Of a stretch of 27,799 bases of DNA, positions 24,890 through 27,799 are shown piece by piece. Origin of the DNA: a virus. Its lineage: Duplodnaviria > Caudoviricetes. Where the stretch lies: positions 1 through 27,799 of IMG/VR virus record IMGVR_UViG_3300017700_000765. One strand, given 5' to 3'. A program made the translations under genes and the position numbers. The notes beneath the pieces are model-generated. The model saw only the letters and a list, made by a program, of their open reading frames with translations. It was not told the DNA's origin and made no database searches. Position 1 is the first letter of the stretch, and every line of letters begins with the position of its first letter.

Positions 24890-27798
24890 TGGACTATAAA
24901 GCCCTTCTGGCCGTTCTGTTCGACGACCTTCACGCGCACGTTGCCGCGAATGCTGTCGCGGGGCACGGTGCCCTTCATTGTGCGCCAGTACTCGTCAGGC
25001 TTCAGGACATAGAATGCGCCGACCTTCATGCGCGTCGGGTCAGGGACGCCCGCGTCGTCAAGCGGTGTCGCACCGATCACGCCGAGACGGTTGTAGGCTT
25101 CGTCTTGGAACTTGTTCGGCGGGTTGGCCCTATTCCATTCCTGCTGCCATGTCGAAAAGTTGCCCGTCGGAGTGGTATTGATCTTATCGTCGATGTACTT
25201 GTAGCGACTCTCGGCAGCGTCGATGTCCGCGTAGAGCTGCGCCAAGATCTGCTTGTTGGCCTCCGGGTTCTTGATCGCCTCGATGCTGCCGTCTTGCAGC
25301 ATCCCCCGCGCGCGGTCGGACCCGGCCTGCGCGGCGCGCACCGCCACCTGCTTGGTGATCTCCTGCACGGCAGCCGCCGACGACATGCCGTCGGGCACCA
25401 CGAACCCAAGAGCACGTGCGCTTTCCTTGATTTGCGTCGTGATCCCCGCAGCGGGATTGGTGTCGACCTGCTGCAGCGCCTTTTCGAGCAATCCGTAAGA
25501 GCGAATAATCGTCTGGCGCTCGTTCGACGCATCGGCCTCTTTTCGCTGCCATTCTTGATTGCTGACGACCGCCTGCTTCTGGCGCTGCATTTCGGGCCAC
25601 CCCTTGGCGATGCCCCTGTTGCCGGTGATGTCGGTGACTTCGCCGGTGTTTTCGATGACCCTCGCCATTTCGATGAAACGGTTGCGTTCCTCGGGCGTCG
25701 ACATCTTCTCCGCGATAGACCGCAGGTGCGCCGGGTTGTTCATCTTGTCGACCGGGACGCCGCTCTCGGTGGTCGTGTAGTCGGCAGTGATCGGCGTGCG
25801 CGGTGTGTTGGGGAAGGCCGGCGCGGCGCCGGTACCCGTCGGGGGCGCGCTTCCGCCGGACACTGGCGTGCCGACGCGCGTCTGGTCGCCGGGGGTGGCT
25901 CCCTGCGGCTCTTCCTGTGTTCTGCGCCCCGCGATACGCGGCGAGCCCATGTTCATAAACGCCATGATCTGCTTCTGGACGGCCGCGAGATTGCTCGCAG
26001 TCGCCGCCGAGACTTGCCCGTTGTTGTTCCCGCGTTCAACGTCGGCCATGCGCTGCATGTAATCTTGAGCGCGAAGAAGCTGCGCCAGTGAGGAGGTGTC
26101 GGCGGTCTGCTGCTGGATGGCGAGGCTCTGCTGCTTGGGATAGGCGGAAGCGCCCGCGACGAGGCCCTCGCCGATAGCGTTGCCGAGGAACGGCGACCGC
26201 GAGGCCAGCATACCCCCTATGCCGCTTAGACCGGCGAGCATCCAATCTTGGTTGCGGTTGATGAACTGACCGGCGCGGTCAAACAGGTCCGGGTTCGACT
26301 CAGGTGTCAGAACACGATCCGACTCAGGCGCCGGGGTACGGTTTTTATCAACCTGATTATCCACAACAGACGAGGGTGTAGACGACAGCAGGCCTGCGGG
26401 AGGCTTAACGGCTTCCGTAGCCGCCACCGGCGCGAGGCCGGGGGCCTTGACGGCCGTCGGCTGCGTCTGGGTGAACGCCGCGCTCGTTATCGGGGGAGGT
26501 TCCGGTGCCGCCTCGATAGTCAGGGGTCGGGCCTCGGACCTCGGGGGCGCCACAACGTTCGCGGCGCTTCTGACAGTTTCGGGGTTACCTCTGATAAGGT
26601 CAACAATAGTGTCGGTAAATGACCTAGCAGCCGGCGGCGGCCGCGGCCCCACACGCTCCAAATCGTCGTCCGTAGAAGGGGGTCCGCCCTCTTGATACCC
26701 ACGGCGGGGCACGAGGCCGCCCGTCGCGAACCGCTTGGGCATCTCAAAGTCGTCGGGCATTTCAAAGTCGTCGCCCGTGTCGACGGGCTCAAGACCCTCG
26801 TGCATATCTTCAACATCGTGAAGCGGGGGCGCGAGGCCCGCGCTGCGCGGCGCCTCGGGGCGCATGTGCGCCTCAGCCGAGGTGCGCCCGCGCTCACTCG
26901 GCGTGAACGGCGTTGCGTTTCCGCCCAGACTGTTTGCGATGCCGCGAAGTTTGGCGGTGTAGTCCCGATCCGTCGCGTAGCCGCTGCGCCCCATGGCTTC
27001 GATCTGCTCATCAAGCGTCCGCGCCTCGCGAACGGGGCGATAGCGTGAATTGGACATGATGAAGTTGGCGTAGTCGTCAACGCTATGCTCGGGGGACTCG
27101 TACTTACGGAAACTGTCGCGGGTATTGTAGAGGCCCGTTGCACCCTGTTCCTTGGTATCCAGAACCTGTCCGGGTCCCTTGATGCCGAAGTAGTTGTTGC
27201 CGGGGGCGTGCTTACCCCACCCTGACTCAAGCGCCGCCTGCGCTAAGATCAAGTGGGGGTGAACCCCCGTCTTCTCGGAAGCCTTCAACGCCGCCGGCAT
27301 GAGCCGGTCGACAAACGTCTGCCCGCCGCCTTCGGCGTAGCCGATGCGGCCGCCTCCCGCAAACATGCCGCCCAGCATGCCGCCGAGGGTGCTGCCCATG
27401 CCCATGCCCGCCGGCCCGAACATCGCGCCGATGCCGGCGCCGGCCAGCGAGCCGATGGCCTTGCCGGTGCCGTCCTTTTTCTGGCCGCCGCCCTTATCGC
27501 CGCTGCTCGTGTCGGGCTTCGGCGCGTCAAGTTTAGCCGGCGCAACCGGCTTCGCGATCCCGCCGAGGATGGTGTCCTCACCGCCGCCGGGGGTCGCATC
27601 CATTTCGTCGGGTACTTCGGTTCCGCCGCCGCCCTCGTAGCCGATGCGTCCGCCGCGCGCGGCAAACATCGACAAGCCTTCGAGGCCCCCAAGGCTCGCG
27701 ACGTCTTCCGGCGGGAGTGCGTCAAGCGACGCCGTTTCAATTTCAGGAGCGACAAGGCCCGTCGTCGCCTCGGCCGTTCGCTGCGGCTCCGCTGCGCC
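24886..27798 (-). CDS. Large virion/ejection-like protein with GH73 (FlgJ-like glucosaminidase/muramidase) domain; 5' end lies beyond the window
   Basis: ILAQAALESGWG..NNYFGIKG..FRKYES..S..DY..RY..GYATD..Y at ~26925-27318; the frame stays open from 27675 to the window edge. Confidence 0.85.
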   Translation of the reverse strand, partial: GAAEPQRTAEATTGLVAPEIETASLDALPPEDVASLGGLEGLSMFAARGGRIGYEGGGGTEVPDEMDATPGGGEDTILGGIAKPVAPAKLDAPKPDTSSGDKGGGQKKDGTGKAIGSLAGAGIGAMFGPAGMGMGSTLGGMLGGMFAGGGRIGYAEGGGQTFVDRLMPAALKASEKTGVHPHLILAQAALESGWGKHAPGNNYFGIKGPGQVLDTKEQGATGLYNTRDSFRKYESPEHSVDDYANFIMSNSRYRPVREARTLDEQIEAMGRSGYATDRDYTAKLRGIANSLGGNATPFTPSERGRTSAEAHMRPEAPRSAGLAPPLHDVEDMHEGLEPVDTGDDFEMPDDFEMPKRFATGGLVPRRGYQEGGPPSTDDDLERVGPRPPPAARSFTDTIVDLIRGNPETVRSAANVVAPPRSEARPLTIEAAPEPPPITSAAFTQTQPTAVKAPGLAPVAATEAVKPPAGLLSSTPSSVVDNQVDKNRTPAPESDRVLTPESNPDLFDRAGQFINRNQDWMLAGLSGIGGMLASRSPFLGNAIGEGLVAGASAYPKQQSLAIQQQTADTSSLAQLLRAQDYMQRMADVERGNNNGQVSAATASNLAAVQKQIMAFMNMGSPRIAGRRTQEEPQGATPGDQTRVGTPVSGGSAPPTGTGAAPAFPNTPRTPITADYTTTESGVPVDKMNNPAHLRSIAEKMSTPEERNRFIEMARVIENTGEVTDITGNRGIAKGWPEMQRQKQAVVSNQEWQRKEADASNERQTIIRSYGLLEKALQQVDTNPAAGITTQIKESARALGFVVPDGMSSAAAVQEITKQVAVRAAQAGSDRARGMLQDGSIEAIKNPEANKQILAQLYADIDAAESRYKYIDDKINTTPTGNFSTWQQEWNRANPPNKFQDEAYNRLGVIGATPLDDAGVPDPTRMKVGAFYVLKPDEYWRTMKGTVPRDSIRGNVRVKVVEQNGQKGFIVQ

Positions 27799-27799
27799 C

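Overview
High-GC (about two-thirds, judged by eye) tailed-phage or prophage segment, probably podovirus-like, with an APSE/Bbp-type replication set. A ~420-bp non-coding switch at 3087-3505 contains TA/CT microsatellites and iteron-like 8-10-mers (candidate origin). Leftward from it lie a triple-HTH protein, a promoter/terminator-bounded small gene, an HTH gene, an Sf6-type small terminase and small hypotheticals. Rightward lies an early region with repeated sigma70 promoter+leader cassettes, many small ORFs, and a DUF6745-like protein carrying 52 tandem 12-bp repeats with its His-rich partner. The DNA-metabolism block follows: an inverted VRR-NUC + SNF2 helicase pair, a Cas4-like DUF2800 nuclease, a putative SSB, a family A DNA polymerase, a primase/VirE-type helicase, DUF6378 and a ParB-like DGQHR protein. 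Converging from the right edge are late genes: a GH73-containing ejection-like protein (5'-truncated), a second large virion protein, a tail fibre and a membrane protein. The most notable observations are a GACA-N3-TGTCA operator at three promoter regions, a shared promoter/leader cassette, the variable tetrapeptide repeat protein, and a recurrent (F/Y/K)AxGG motif in the virion proteins. All family calls are from motif recognition by eye; no searches were run.
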